Shown one piece after another: positions 42,147 through 51,830 of a stretch of DNA of 64,000 nucleotides. The DNA is taken from contig CANEDP010000006.1 of NCBI GenBank assembly GCA_947426305.1, positions 1,922-65,921 of the forward strand. Direction: 5' to 3'. The notes beneath the pieces are model-generated. The model was not told the DNA's origin. It did no database searches and saw nothing but the letters and a program-made list of their open reading frames with translations. Source of the stretch: an uncultured Clostridia bacterium (GTDB taxonomy: Bacteria; Bacillota; Clostridia; TANB77; CAG-508). Position 1 is the first letter of the stretch; each line of letters starts with the position of its first letter. The position numbers were made by a program, and so were the translations under genes.

Positions 42147-42563
42147 TTATATATCTCTTGATTCGTCTGGTTTTTCTGTTCCTCCGGCTGAATTTCTCTT
42201 TTCTGCTTGCGCTAATTTCTTTTCTCTTATTTGTTTTGTTTTTGCTCTTACTTTTCTTAATTCTGCAAGTTTGATATTTAATCCTGCACCTTTTGCAATT
42301 TCCTCTAGCACAAAATCTCTCTTTCCACTTTCCAAAACATTAATCGCATTTAATGGTCTTGGTTTTTCATTATCTTCTCCGACTTTTGATTTGATTGCTA
42401 CTTCTGGAACATCAAATACTAATGCTCTAATATTTATTTTTTCATATCCCTCTTCTCTTAAGTCTTCAAAAAATTGATCTAATAACTTATCTGCTTCATC
42501 GCTTTTCGTTATTTTTAATTCTTTTCTTCCATTTTCTCCAATTGGAGTACCGGAATTATTCAT
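42147..42563 (-). CDS. hypothetical protein next to the coupling protein gene
   Basis: Start placed at ATG 42563 (MNNSGTPIG) after AAAGGAGGAG. Charged helical C-terminus. Confidence 0.5.
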   Translation of the reverse strand: MNNSGTPIGENGRKELKITKSDEADKLLDQFFEDLREEGYEKINIRALVFDVPEVAIKSKVGEDNEKPRPLNAINVLESGKRDFVLEEIAKGAGLNIKLAELRKVRAKTKQIREKKLAQAEKRNSAGGTEKPDESRDI

Positions 42564-42588
42564 AAAAATTCTCCTCCTTTTAAGTCTT

Positions 42589-43119
42589 CTATTTCTTTTT
42601 ATTTGCATTTATTTCAAAGGCAAAATACTTTTTACATGCCTTTAATTTGCATTTTCCTTTTACCTCATTTGCTTCCTCATCAAAATACAAAGTTGGTTTT
42701 ACTTCTTCAGTAGTTTCTGGGTCTATAATTGAAATAGGCCTTTTCATGTTTGGTGTATATTCAAACTCTCGATAAACAGTTTCTTTTTCGTTGTAAATTG
42801 TTGAAAGTTTCATTGGCATTGGTTTTCTTGAAATTTTTATCTCATCGTAATCTAAAAATCCGGTGTTTACTACTACTCTATCTTTCCCAAACGACAAAAA
42901 CACCAATGGATTTCCCTCTGGCGCGGGATTATCCACAAAGAAGGTTTTTCTTTTTCTGTCTCCAACTAGTTGCTCTGAAAATTCTAATCTTTCGACTGTG
43001 AATTTCGGTGCTCTGTCTAAAAATTCTTTTTCTGTTTTATTGACTTGATAAATCACTGTGTTTACTTCTTTTGGGTCGGTAATACTGAAATATTTCCCTT
43101 GTAAGCTTTCTTCTTCCAT
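42589..43119 (-). CDS. hypothetical protein (176 aa)
   Basis: Track ORF with SD; no family recognised. Confidence 0.5.
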   Translation of the reverse strand: MEEESLQGKYFSITDPKEVNTVIYQVNKTEKEFLDRAPKFTVERLEFSEQLVGDRKRKTFFVDNPAPEGNPLVFLSFGKDRVVVNTGFLDYDEIKISRKPMPMKLSTIYNEKETVYREFEYTPNMKRPISIIDPETTEEVKPTLYFDEEANEVKGKCKLKACKKYFAFEINANKKK

Positions 43120-43220
43120 ACTTACTCTCCTTTATTACATTTTTAAATGCGACTTTTCTTATGTATAAACCTACTTTTCTATTTTAATTATAACATACTT
43201 TTGTTATTATGTCAATATCT

Positions 43221-44121
43221 TTAACACGTTCTTGGATTAAATTTTGAAATATTGTTTAATTCATCAAATAATTTCTTTTCTTTAGCACTTAAATGCTTCG
43301 GTACCATGATTTTTGTTTCCAAAATCAAATCGCCTCTTCCACCTTTTCCATTTTTGTAGCCTCTTCCGTCAATTTTAATGGTTTCTCCACTTTGAATTCC
43401 TTGTGGTATGTATACAAAAACATCTTCATTTATACCATTCACCGTTACTTTTGTGCTTAATGCAGCTTCCCATGGAGTAAGATATAAATTTGTCCTTAAA
43501 TTATAGCCTTCTAGTTTAAATTTCTGATCATTTTTGATTTTGATACGAATGAATAAATCCCCATTTTTTCCCCCATTTTTTCCTGGTTTTCCGTTGTCCA
43601 ACTAATCGAATTTTTTCATTATTTTGAATTCCCGGTGGGAGTTGTACTTTAAAAGTTTTCAAATCCCCATCAACCGTCCTAACGGCAATCGTTTGCTCTT
43701 TTCCGCGAAACGCATCTTCAATCGAAATGTTAACTTCAGTTTGCACATTTTCACCTTTGCAGGCTTCTTGTTTTTTGGAAACTTGTTTTTCCGTTGTTGT
43801 GCCAAAAAATAGATTGAAAAAATCACTAAATAAGGAATCTTTGCTTCTTTTACTTTCTTCATAAGAAGCATTTTTTCTGCCAATATGGTGATTCCACATT
43901 CGATCGTATTTTCTTTTGCTAGAAGGCGTAGATAATACACGATAGGCTTCATTTATATCTTTGAAAATTTCTTCGTTATTTTTATTTTTTATATTAACAT
44001 CTGGATGGTATTTTTTTGCTTGTTTTCGATAGGCTAATTTTATTGTATCTAGCGTAACTTTATTGGTTTCTAACCCTAGTATTTTATAATAATCTTTAAA
44101 AATCATTTCAACATCCCCCAT
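43221..44121 (-). CDS. DnaJ/CbpA-like J-domain protein, interrupted at in-frame CGG (43591..43593)
   Basis: J domain DYYKILGL..KKYHPDVN. Upstream frame ends ..IRLVGQ-RKTRKK... Reading caa-C|gga gives GQ-GKPGKNGGKNGDLFIRIKI and the DnaJ C-terminal domain. Confidence 0.8.
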
Positions 44122-44213
44122 ATATCACATCTTAGTTATTATATCATTTTGATTCGTATTTGTGAATATATTTTTTGTATTTTTTTGTAAATTATTTGTA
44201 AATCTCTTGTGAT

Positions 44214-44771
44214 TTATTCCATAAAAAAATTCAATGCTTTTACAGAATTTAGGTGAATTTTTTTGTTTTTGGCAATTCTTAGATGAATCCCTTCTTTCAA
44301 GATATATTTTACACATTCATCTAAATCTTTATTTCCCAAATTTATGATATATTCCTTATTTTCAAATTTTCGGTCTTCGCTTGTCATGTCTGCTACATAT
44401 AAAATTTTATCTAGCAAAGACATATCTTCTTTTCCTGTTGTATGGTAGCGAATTGGCGAACACAAATCTTCACTAAATCCAAACTGCTTTTTGGCAATAT
44501 CTGCCGCAATTTTTCCATGTAATAAACCTACATTATCTTTTTCTATTTCGTCGATTTCCAAATGATTTTCTTTGCAATATTTCACTTTTTCTTCTGGTAA
44601 CATTTCTTTGGCCATATCGTGAACGATTCCAACTAACTTTGCAGCATCTTTGTCAACTTGGTAAATGCTAGCAAGTTCTACGCAACGATTGGCTACGCAT
44701 TGAGAATGAAAAAAGCGATATTCGCTTAATGTATTTTTTACAATTTCGTAGATTTCTTTATATGATTTCAT
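44214..44771 (-). CDS. yqeK: YqeK-like HD-domain phosphohydrolase
   Basis: RFFHSQCVANRCVELA..GIVHDMAKE pattern. Confidence 0.7.
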   Translation of the reverse strand: MKSYKEIYEIVKNTLSEYRFFHSQCVANRCVELASIYQVDKDAAKLVGIVHDMAKEMLPEEKVKYCKENHLEIDEIEKDNVGLLHGKIAADIAKKQFGFSEDLCSPIRYHTTGKEDMSLLDKILYVADMTSEDRKFENKEYIINLGNKDLDECVKYILKEGIHLRIAKNKKIHLNSVKALNFFME

Positions 44772-45234
44772 GTTTGTCCCCCCAACCGAATTCGCTATAT
44801 GGAATGTGATTTTTGTAATTTTCTATGGCTTGCTTTCTACTTTCTATCATGTTTTCTGGTAGATCATCAATGGCAAACCATTTGATTTCTTCACATTTTT
44901 CGATTTCGCCTACTTTTGGCTCATTTTTCCATTTTGTTGTTTTAAAATATCCATCGTAATAAATTACATCTGTAGTAGGTGTTTTCTCATGTATTAATGT
45001 CATAAATTGCACATCTTCTATTTTAACATCAATTCCTATCTCTTCTTTTGCTTCTCGAATTGCTGTCATTTTCATTGATTCGTTGTCCTCAACATGACCA
45101 GAAGCCGAAAAATCCCAATAACCATCCATATAACCTGTATTTTTTCTTTTTTGCAATAGAATTTCTTCTCCTTTATCGCTAGTTCTGCTAAGTAATAGCA
45201 TTGCAGCAGATAGTGTTTTAAATCTTTCGCTCAT
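44758..45234 (-). CDS. Nudix hydrolase
   Basis: Nudix box SGHVEDNESMKMTAIREAKEEIGI. Confidence 0.8.
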   Translation of the reverse strand: MSERFKTLSAAMLLLSRTSDKGEEILLQKRKNTGYMDGYWDFSASGHVEDNESMKMTAIREAKEEIGIDVKIEDVQFMTLIHEKTPTTDVIYYDGYFKTTKWKNEPKVGEIEKCEEIKWFAIDDLPENMIESRKQAIENYKNHIPYSEFGWGDKHEII

Positions 45235-45317
45235 ATGAAACTCCTTTTTTGATATATTATCATAATTTTGTGCTAATTACAATGAATTTTTTAATGATTT
45301 TTGAATTTTTTTGTTTT

Positions 45318-45519
45318 GGGGACGGGGACAGTCTTGAAAAAAGAAAAATAGGTCAATCTATTGTAAATCCTAAATAATATAATATTTTAGTATTAATATT
45401 TTAGGGGACACTCTTAAAAAGGCAAAAATTTCGAAAGTATCTGAAAATAGTAAAAAAAATTATTAAAAAGCAAATAAAATTTTTTATTAGAAATTGCAAT
45501 TAAGAGTGTCCCCGTCCCC
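45318..45519. repeat. MITE-like REP cluster (forward REP, partial forward REP, inverted REP)
   Basis: GGGGACGGGGACAGTCTT at 45318..45335. GGGGACACTCTT at 45404..45415. AAGAGTGTCCCCGTCCCC at 45502..45519. Confidence 0.8.
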
Positions 45520-45539
45520 AAATTATTCTTAAAATAAAA

Positions 45540-45572
45540 AAAATCAGGACAGTTTTAACTATCCTGAAAAAA
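45540..45572 (-). terminator. terminator after ddl
   Basis: CAGGAcAGTT-tt-AACTaTCCTG hairpin flanked by A and T runs. Confidence 0.6.
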
Positions 45573-45579
45573 TTTATTT

Positions 45580-46827
45580 TTATTTCATTTTTCCCTTCAT
45601 TCCCATTTTCGAACTTCCTTGCATTGCTAAAATGTTCTGGTCGTAAGAAAATGTTAATTTTTCACGTTCTCGATGTCTTTTTAAGGCAATTTCAATAACT
45701 TCGTCTAATTCTGTTTCAAACGTTTTTCCTGTTGCTTCCCACAAATAATACGATAACGCTCCCGGAATTGTGTTGATTTCATTGACATATACTTTCTCTG
45801 TTTCCTTATCCATCAAAAAGTCAATTCTTGCAACTCCGCTACAGCCTAAAACTTTAAACGTCTCTTGTGCCAATTTTTGAATTTCGTCTCTTTTCTCATC
45901 GGAAATGTCCGCTGGTAACTTTTTATCCGCAACTGCCATTCCTTTTCCACCATTCATTTTGTTACTTCCAGCCTTTGCTCCCACAATTCCTTTCATTCCT
46001 GCTTTATTTTTGCTAGCATTTCCACCCATATATTTATCAGCATAACTCAATATTTCGTCCGAAAAAAATGGTTCTTCACATACAGAAGCCTGTGTTTCAG
46101 TAATATTTCCTATAACGGAACAATTAATTTCCTTTAAATTTACAACTGCCTTTTCCACAATGATTCTATCTGAAAATTCCATTGCAAATTCAATCGCCTC
46201 TTCCAATTCTGCTTTATCTTTTGCTTTCTTAATTCCTACACTCGAGCCCAAATTTCCTGGTTTTACGATAACTGGAAATTCTAATTCTTCCACAATTTGA
46301 TGCAAGATTTTTTCTTCATCTTTTATGTATTCCATACTATAAAATGATACATAATCAACAACTGGAAGTCCTGATTCCTTCATGACTTTTTTCATTAAAA
46401 TTTTATCCATTCCAATGCTAGAAGCCAAAATATCTGGTCCCACATAAGGAATGCCAAGCATATTTAAAAAGCCTGCCATTGTTCCATCTTCACCATTTGT
46501 TCCATGCATAATTGGAAAAGCAACATCAATTGTGTTTAGCACTCTTTTTCCAATCCATGGTGCTGGACACCTTAGTACTTTTACGCTTTTTCCATCATTT
46601 ACAACAGAAACTTTGTAACTGCGTTTTAGCAAGACTTCCATGTCCTTATAAGCATATAAATCTAATAAGTCATCTCCCGTATACATGACTCCTTCTTTTG
46701 AAATATAAATGGGAACAATTTCGTATTTTTCTGGATCAATTGCCGAAATTGCTTGTGACATCGTGATAACAGCAATTTCGTGTTCAACGGATTTTCCGCC
46801 GAAAAAAATTCCTAATTTGATTTTCAT
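45580..46827 (-). CDS. ddl: D-alanine--D-alanine ligase (415 aa, with Gly/Lys-rich internal insert)
   Basis: GGKSVEHEIA, HGTNGEDG, ATP-grasp core, EINTIPG. Extra loop GGNASKNKAGMKGIVGAKAGSNKMNGGKGMAV. Confidence 0.9.
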   Translation of the reverse strand: MKIKLGIFFGGKSVEHEIAVITMSQAISAIDPEKYEIVPIYISKEGVMYTGDDLLDLYAYKDMEVLLKRSYKVSVVNDGKSVKVLRCPAPWIGKRVLNTIDVAFPIMHGTNGEDGTMAGFLNMLGIPYVGPDILASSIGMDKILMKKVMKESGLPVVDYVSFYSMEYIKDEEKILHQIVEELEFPVIVKPGNLGSSVGIKKAKDKAELEEAIEFAMEFSDRIIVEKAVVNLKEINCSVIGNITETQASVCEEPFFSDEILSYADKYMGGNASKNKAGMKGIVGAKAGSNKMNGGKGMAVADKKLPADISDEKRDEIQKLAQETFKVLGCSGVARIDFLMDKETEKVYVNEINTIPGALSYYLWEATGKTFETELDEVIEIALKRHREREKLTFSYDQNILAMQGSSKMGMKGKMK

Positions 46828-46850
46828 GATTTTCTTTTCCTTTCTGTTTT

Positions 46851-48413
46851 TTATAAATAATTATCTGGCAAATCATTTTCTAATAATATAACAGTATCTT
46901 TTGTGGTAATTCGATTCATTTCTTGCAATGCTTCTTGCAAATTTTTAGCAATAAATGTATTTTCTTTTGGATAATGTCTATCTTGAAGTCCATTTAAGAT
47001 AGGAAGCGTTTGCTCTGCTCCCACCAAAATTACATAGTCTGCACATTCCGCCGCTTTTTTTCCTAAATTTCGATTGATTTCTTTGGACTTATCTCCTAAT
47101 TCAACAATTCCTGGTGTAATCAATATTCTTTGCTTTTTTTCAAAGGACTTTAACACTTCTAAAGCCATTGTCGCGCCTTTGACATTGGAATTATACGCAT
47201 CATCAATGATAATACTTCCATTTGGATTTTGCTTTAGTTGCAATCTATGTGGAACTGGCTTTAAATATTTTGCTCCAATTTTAATTTCTTCAGCTGTCAT
47301 TCCTAATTTATCCCCAATTGCCACTGCTCCTACAATATTTAAAATATTTAATTCTCCTAGTAATTTTGTTTTGATATGAATTTTCTCTTTGTCTGGCAAA
47401 ATCACATCAAAATCTGAACCATGTTCTGTGATGTGAATATTTTCTGCATAATAATCTGCTTTTTTCGTCAAACCAAATTTCACCGTATTTTTAGGAAGTT
47501 CGGATTTTTTAATATTTTCATCTTCCCAATTCACAAACGCCAAACCATCTTCTGAAAGCGATTTTACCAATTCTAACTTCGTTTTTTTGACATTGTCAAG
47601 CGACTTAAATGTGTCCAAATGTTGTGGACCAATGGCTGTTACAACGCCAAAATTTGGCTGAACAATATCACAAATTTCTTTGATATCTCCAACATATTTT
47701 GCACCCATTTCACAGATAAAAAGATTGTGTGTCGAAGTTAATTGTTCATTAATCGTGCGTACAACGCCCATAGTCGTATTATAACTTTCCGGTGTCATTA
47801 AAGTATTAAATTTTTGAGATAAAATTGTGTTAATGGCATATTTTGTGCTGGTTTTCCCATAACTTCCTGTAATTCCGATTACTTTTAAATTTGGAATTTC
47901 TTTTAATTTCTTACTTGCTTTGATACAAAAACTTTTGCGAATGCTTTTTTCAATTGGTTTGTTTATCAAATTTATTAAATATACAAATGTGTAGGCTACC
48001 ATTGCAAAAATATTTGAAAGAATGATTGCTTTTTTGGCATCTACTAATACAGCAATTGCTACTAAAATAGCGAACAAAATCAAATAAGTTATATACATTC
48101 TTCTAATTCTTGCTGTTACAACAAACGCCTTTTTTTCTTGTGATTTCTTGGCTGTTGCAATTAAACCCAAGTAAATAAATATATTTAGGATAAATGCTAC
48201 ATCAGAAAAACTTAGTAATAATAAAACAATTGGAATTATCAGTAGCAAAATCACTTTTAAATTAATTACCTTTTTGATATGTTTGCTCATCCATACCACA
48301 TATCGGTCGTTATAATAATTTTCTAATTGCAAAATATGTAAGCCTTCTCGTGTTCTTTTGTAGAAGAAAATTAAGAATAAAATTAAATTGAAAGTAATGA
48401 ATAGATTTTGCAT
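46851..48413 (-). CDS. murF: MurF-type Mur ligase with ~165-aa N-terminal multi-TM extension
   Basis: Start placed at ATG 48413 (MQNLF) after GGAAGAAAA. ITGSYGKTSTK P-loop and Mur ligase middle and C domains. Four hydrophobic segments at the N-terminus. Confidence 0.8.
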   Translation of the reverse strand: MQNLFITFNLILFLIFFYKRTREGLHILQLENYYNDRYVVWMSKHIKKVINLKVILLLIIPIVLLLLSFSDVAFILNIFIYLGLIATAKKSQEKKAFVVTARIRRMYITYLILFAILVAIAVLVDAKKAIILSNIFAMVAYTFVYLINLINKPIEKSIRKSFCIKASKKLKEIPNLKVIGITGSYGKTSTKYAINTILSQKFNTLMTPESYNTTMGVVRTINEQLTSTHNLFICEMGAKYVGDIKEICDIVQPNFGVVTAIGPQHLDTFKSLDNVKKTKLELVKSLSEDGLAFVNWEDENIKKSELPKNTVKFGLTKKADYYAENIHITEHGSDFDVILPDKEKIHIKTKLLGELNILNIVGAVAIGDKLGMTAEEIKIGAKYLKPVPHRLQLKQNPNGSIIIDDAYNSNVKGATMALEVLKSFEKKQRILITPGIVELGDKSKEINRNLGKKAAECADYVILVGAEQTLPILNGLQDRHYPKENTFIAKNLQEALQEMNRITTKDTVILLENDLPDNYL

Positions 48414-48472
48414 ATTTTCTTCCTTTCTTTTTAGGGTAGTTGGTGGGTTAAATCCCACTTATATGGGTTTGT

Positions 48473-49240
48473 TTATTGATCATTTTTGAAAAATTCGTTT
48501 AGAACTGCATTGCAATTTTGAATATTTTGAAGATATGAAAAATGTCCAGAATTAGCGTATTCCACTAATCCACAATCTGGAATAAGACTTTTCATCTTTT
48601 TGGCATCAGCAATTGGTGTATCCATATCATTCGTTCCCCAAATTAGCAGAGTGGGAACTTTTAGATTGGGTAATAATTCAGTCACATCTTCATTTACGAT
48701 TCGTTTCATCGTTTCTCGCAAGACTGGCGCAGACGCTTTATAATCATTGGAACCTACGTGGCTAAATAATTTTTCTTTGAATTTTTTCATTAGCCCTACA
48801 TCTGGCAACTTATTTAATACTGCCTTGCCTGCTTTGAAAATTCCTACTTTGATATAATATTTCGGTTTTCTTTTTGGGACAATTCCAGCACTATCGATTA
48901 ACACAATTTTCCTTGGTTTTACAATTCCTCTACCAACGCTATTTATAATCATTCTGCCACCATTGGAATGCCCAATTAGAATTGGATTTTGAATTTCCAA
49001 TTTTCTTACAAATTCTGCTAGAAAATCACCAAAATCATTGGTATCTAGTGGGTGTTCTGGCAAATCGCTCTTTCCAAAACCTACAATATCAACCAAATAG
49101 ACTTTAAAATTCTGACATAGAGAATTGGCAATTGGACGCATCGTTTCTAAGTTCGCAAGCCATCCATGTAGTAATATCACTGGATTCCCATTTCCCGTTA
49201 CTTCATAATTTATGTTCCAGTCTTTGATTTTTACTTGCAA
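48473..49240 (-). CDS. alpha/beta hydrolase
   Basis: HGW..; nucleophile elbow GHSNGG; C-terminal SGHF. Confidence 0.8.
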   Translation of the reverse strand: MQVKIKDWNINYEVTGNGNPVILLHGWLANLETMRPIANSLCQNFKVYLVDIVGFGKSDLPEHPLDTNDFGDFLAEFVRKLEIQNPILIGHSNGGRMIINSVGRGIVKPRKIVLIDSAGIVPKRKPKYYIKVGIFKAGKAVLNKLPDVGLMKKFKEKLFSHVGSNDYKASAPVLRETMKRIVNEDVTELLPNLKVPTLLIWGTNDMDTPIADAKKMKSLIPDCGLVEYANSGHFSYLQNIQNCNAVLNEFFKNDQ

Positions 49241-49369
49241 AATTTCCTCCTATTTTTCCACATTTTGTTTACAATTTGTGGATATTTTTACTATAATTTA
49301 TTCAAATTATTCGTTTTTTGTGAACATATCATATAACATTTTACTTGAAATTTCAATATGAAATCAAAA

Positions 49370-50032
49370 TTATCTTCCAAAAGTTTCGGCTTTTCCACCA
49401 ACAAAAGAAATTTCTCCATTGTTATATACAATCGCTTGCTCATCTGTGATAGCGTAAACCTTGAATGGGTTGGTTGATAAAGTTTTTTCCAGAAAACTTT
49501 TATCCCATTTCTGATAGTCTTTTCTTTTATAATGTGGCAGAATATTGAAATTTACCAATCCTAGTGTTTTATTTTCGATTTGGTCATTCGTTATGCCTTC
49601 TTTTGCTAGCCAATATTCGTCACTTTCAATTTGTCTACCTAAAACAATTGAACCTGCAGATGTTCCCATAACTACTTTTTCTTGTGCAAATTCTTTCAAG
49701 ACTTCGTCAAATCTAGTTTCCTTAAATAAACTTGGCAAAACAAGATTCCTGCCACCAACAATATACATCATATCTGCATTTTGCAATCTTCTTTTGACTT
49801 CTGTTTTGTCATATGCCCTCAAATTTATAAAATCAATGATGCCACCTATATACTTCTCAATTTGAGATAATTCTTTAATCAGCCATCTTTTACTACTCGT
49901 TTCTGGCTTGGCGACATAGGCTTCATTAATAATGGTTATGTTGATATTTTGTAAAGGTTTCTCAACCAAACTTTCTACTGTCTTTGCAATTTCATCTGTT
50001 GTGAAACCTTGTGAAGCTAAAACTAATTTCAT
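49370..50032 (-). CDS. peptidase S51 (dipeptidase E-like)
   Basis: MGTSAGSIV nucleophile motif and overall S51 layout. Confidence 0.7.
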   Translation of the reverse strand: MKLVLASQGFTTDEIAKTVESLVEKPLQNINITIINEAYVAKPETSSKRWLIKELSQIEKYIGGIIDFINLRAYDKTEVKRRLQNADMMYIVGGRNLVLPSLFKETRFDEVLKEFAQEKVVMGTSAGSIVLGRQIESDEYWLAKEGITNDQIENKTLGLVNFNILPHYKRKDYQKWDKSFLEKTLSTNPFKVYAITDEQAIVYNNGEISFVGGKAETFGR

Positions 50033-50046
50033 GTTTTTGTTCCTTT

Positions 50047-50616
50047 CTATACTACAAAAAGCACTTTTAGTATATTTTCATATCGTTCTTTTAATAATTC
50101 CCTTGTTTGTGAACTTAATTTATTATAATCACGTTCTAACTTTTTTCTTACATATTCTTTTCCATCTAAAATCGATAAATTCATATCCTTATAAACCAAC
50201 GAAAATAGCATTGGAATACAATCAAAATGTGCTATAACGTCTGCGTCTGCGACGCATTGCTCTTCTATCGTATTTCGTGGTCTGTCTTCGCTCCCTCTGT
50301 GATTTAAAACGCAATTTTTCACACATTCCATTCTATCTTTTGGGTAATTTAATTCTGTCAATAATTGTTCTGCAATTTCTGCACCATAAATATGATGCTG
50401 TTCTCTTTCGCCATATTCTGAAGGCATTGCAATATCGTGCAACAATGCTCCCAATTCTACAATCTCAACATCTGCACCATATTGTTTTGCCAAATTCACA
50501 GCATTTTCAACTACATATTTAATATGTTCATTCCAAAAATCATAATCATCTTTTTCTTTTGATTTTTCACATCTTTTCAATAATTCTTCTTTCATTTTTT
50601 CGGTTATTTCACTCAT
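50047..50616 (-). CDS. HD-domain protein
   Basis: H..VV..A..LA.. and LLHDIA motifs. Confidence 0.75.
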   Translation of the reverse strand: MSEITEKMKEELLKRCEKSKEKDDYDFWNEHIKYVVENAVNLAKQYGADVEIVELGALLHDIAMPSEYGEREQHHIYGAEIAEQLLTELNYPKDRMECVKNCVLNHRGSEDRPRNTIEEQCVADADVIAHFDCIPMLFSLVYKDMNLSILDGKEYVRKKLERDYNKLSSQTRELLKERYENILKVLFVV

Positions 50617-50627
50617 TCACACTTCTC

Positions 50628-51353
50628 CTAAATCTCCAAAATCTCTCCGTCTTCCGGAAATTCCACTCCATTTATTCCTCTAATTTCATAATCCGGTCTA
50701 TGAATTGCATAAAATTTACAGTTTGGGTATTTTTTATCAATATCTTTGAAATCTTTTAGTCCAATATGCCACTCCGTTGTTTCTACTTTTGCTACTTCTG
50801 AAAACATATAATCTGCCATTTCACACATTTTATTATAATTATCACAAAAAGTTGTATCAGTTGCATATGCTATTGTTTGATTATCTTTTTCTAATATATA
50901 TCCATTAATCGGCTTACACGTTCCATGATGTAACTCATAAGCAGTGGTTTTAAAATTCTCTGCTTCATAACTTTCTCCATTTTCTAATTCTATAAATTCA
51001 AGATTTAATTCTTTCTCCATATTATCATAGGCGTGCGTATTTCCATCTGCATGTGTAAAAAGCATAAGTTCTTTTACTTTTCTCTTCAAACCAGGAGGAC
51101 CAATGAAAACAAGTTTATGATTTGTTTCCTTTCTGTCTATCCTTCCCCATAACAAATTTGGAATATCCAAAAAGTGATCTGCATGAAAATGTGATATTAC
51201 TAAATAATCAACTGTTTTCATATAAATTTTTAATCTTTCAATTTGCTTTACTGTTCCCATTCCAATGTCAAAAAGTATATCATCTATTAATATACTTGTA
51301 TTACATCTTGTCGTACATCCCATAGTTCCTGTTCCAACAAACGTTATTTTCAT
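50628..51353 (-). CDS. MBL-fold metallo-hydrolase
   Basis: ISHFHADHF motif. Start placed at ATG 51353 (MKITFVGTG) after AAAGGAG. Confidence 0.8.
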   Translation of the reverse strand: MKITFVGTGTMGCTTRCNTSILIDDILFDIGMGTVKQIERLKIYMKTVDYLVISHFHADHFLDIPNLLWGRIDRKETNHKLVFIGPPGLKRKVKELMLFTHADGNTHAYDNMEKELNLEFIELENGESYEAENFKTTAYELHHGTCKPINGYILEKDNQTIAYATDTTFCDNYNKMCEMADYMFSEVAKVETTEWHIGLKDFKDIDKKYPNCKFYAIHRPDYEIRGINGVEFPEDGEILEI

Positions 51354-51419
51354 AATCTTAATTCTCCTTTTTTTCATTATTTCAAAATTTTCTCAACTAT
51401 TCTAGCATAAGAAAATCTT

Positions 51420-51719
51420 TTAACTTAAATCTTTCATTGCTTTTTCTAACACACTTCGTGTACTATCAAATGTAATGTTCTTAATGGCTTCGTTAAAATC
51501 CAGCCATTGTACTTCTTCTATTTCAGAATCTTGTGGCTTTAAATTTCCGTCTTTCCTTGTCGCAATAAAATAAACAACTTCTTTCCAAATATCTTTTTCA
51601 GGACTGTATTCAATGGTATATCGATAATTTTCATTTATTTCCACATCAATATTTGTCTCTTCTTTTGTTTCTCTAACAGCTGTCTCAATTTCTGTTTTTT
51701 CATTTTTCAATATCTTCAA
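51420..51719 (-). pseudogene. 5'-truncated Nudix hydrolase gene
   Basis: Begins inside the Nudix box (..EIETAVRETKEETNIDV). The ~45 N-terminal residues are absent. Abuts a hairpin and the repeat flanking the ATPase gene. Confidence 0.65.
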
Positions 51720-51760
51720 ATTTTAAAAGTTATTTCTTTAATAGAGAAATAACTTTGCAT

Positions 51761-51824
51761 TTTGTCAAATTTTTGTTTAGTTCAATAAACAAAATTATTA
51801 ATTTCCATATTTTTGTACACTACA
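51761..51824. repeat. direct repeat copy L flanking the AAA ATPase gene
   Basis: tgtcaaatttttgtttagttcaataaacaaaattattaatttccatatttttgtacactaca aligns by eye with most positions matching 53075..53137. Confidence 0.75.
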
Positions 51825-51830
51825 CATTAC

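Noticed and set aside
44110-44125. CCCCATAT(AT)CACAT shared between 31428 and 44116.
   Set aside because: The 44-kb copy is the reverse complement of the J-domain gene's first codons (ATGGGGGATG..). The resemblance is short and probably coincidental.
43659-44316. ORFs 43659..43952, 43624..43812 and 44125..44316.
   Set aside because: They are alternative-frame or antisense ORFs within the J-domain gene and the yqeK 3' region. They have no independent signals.
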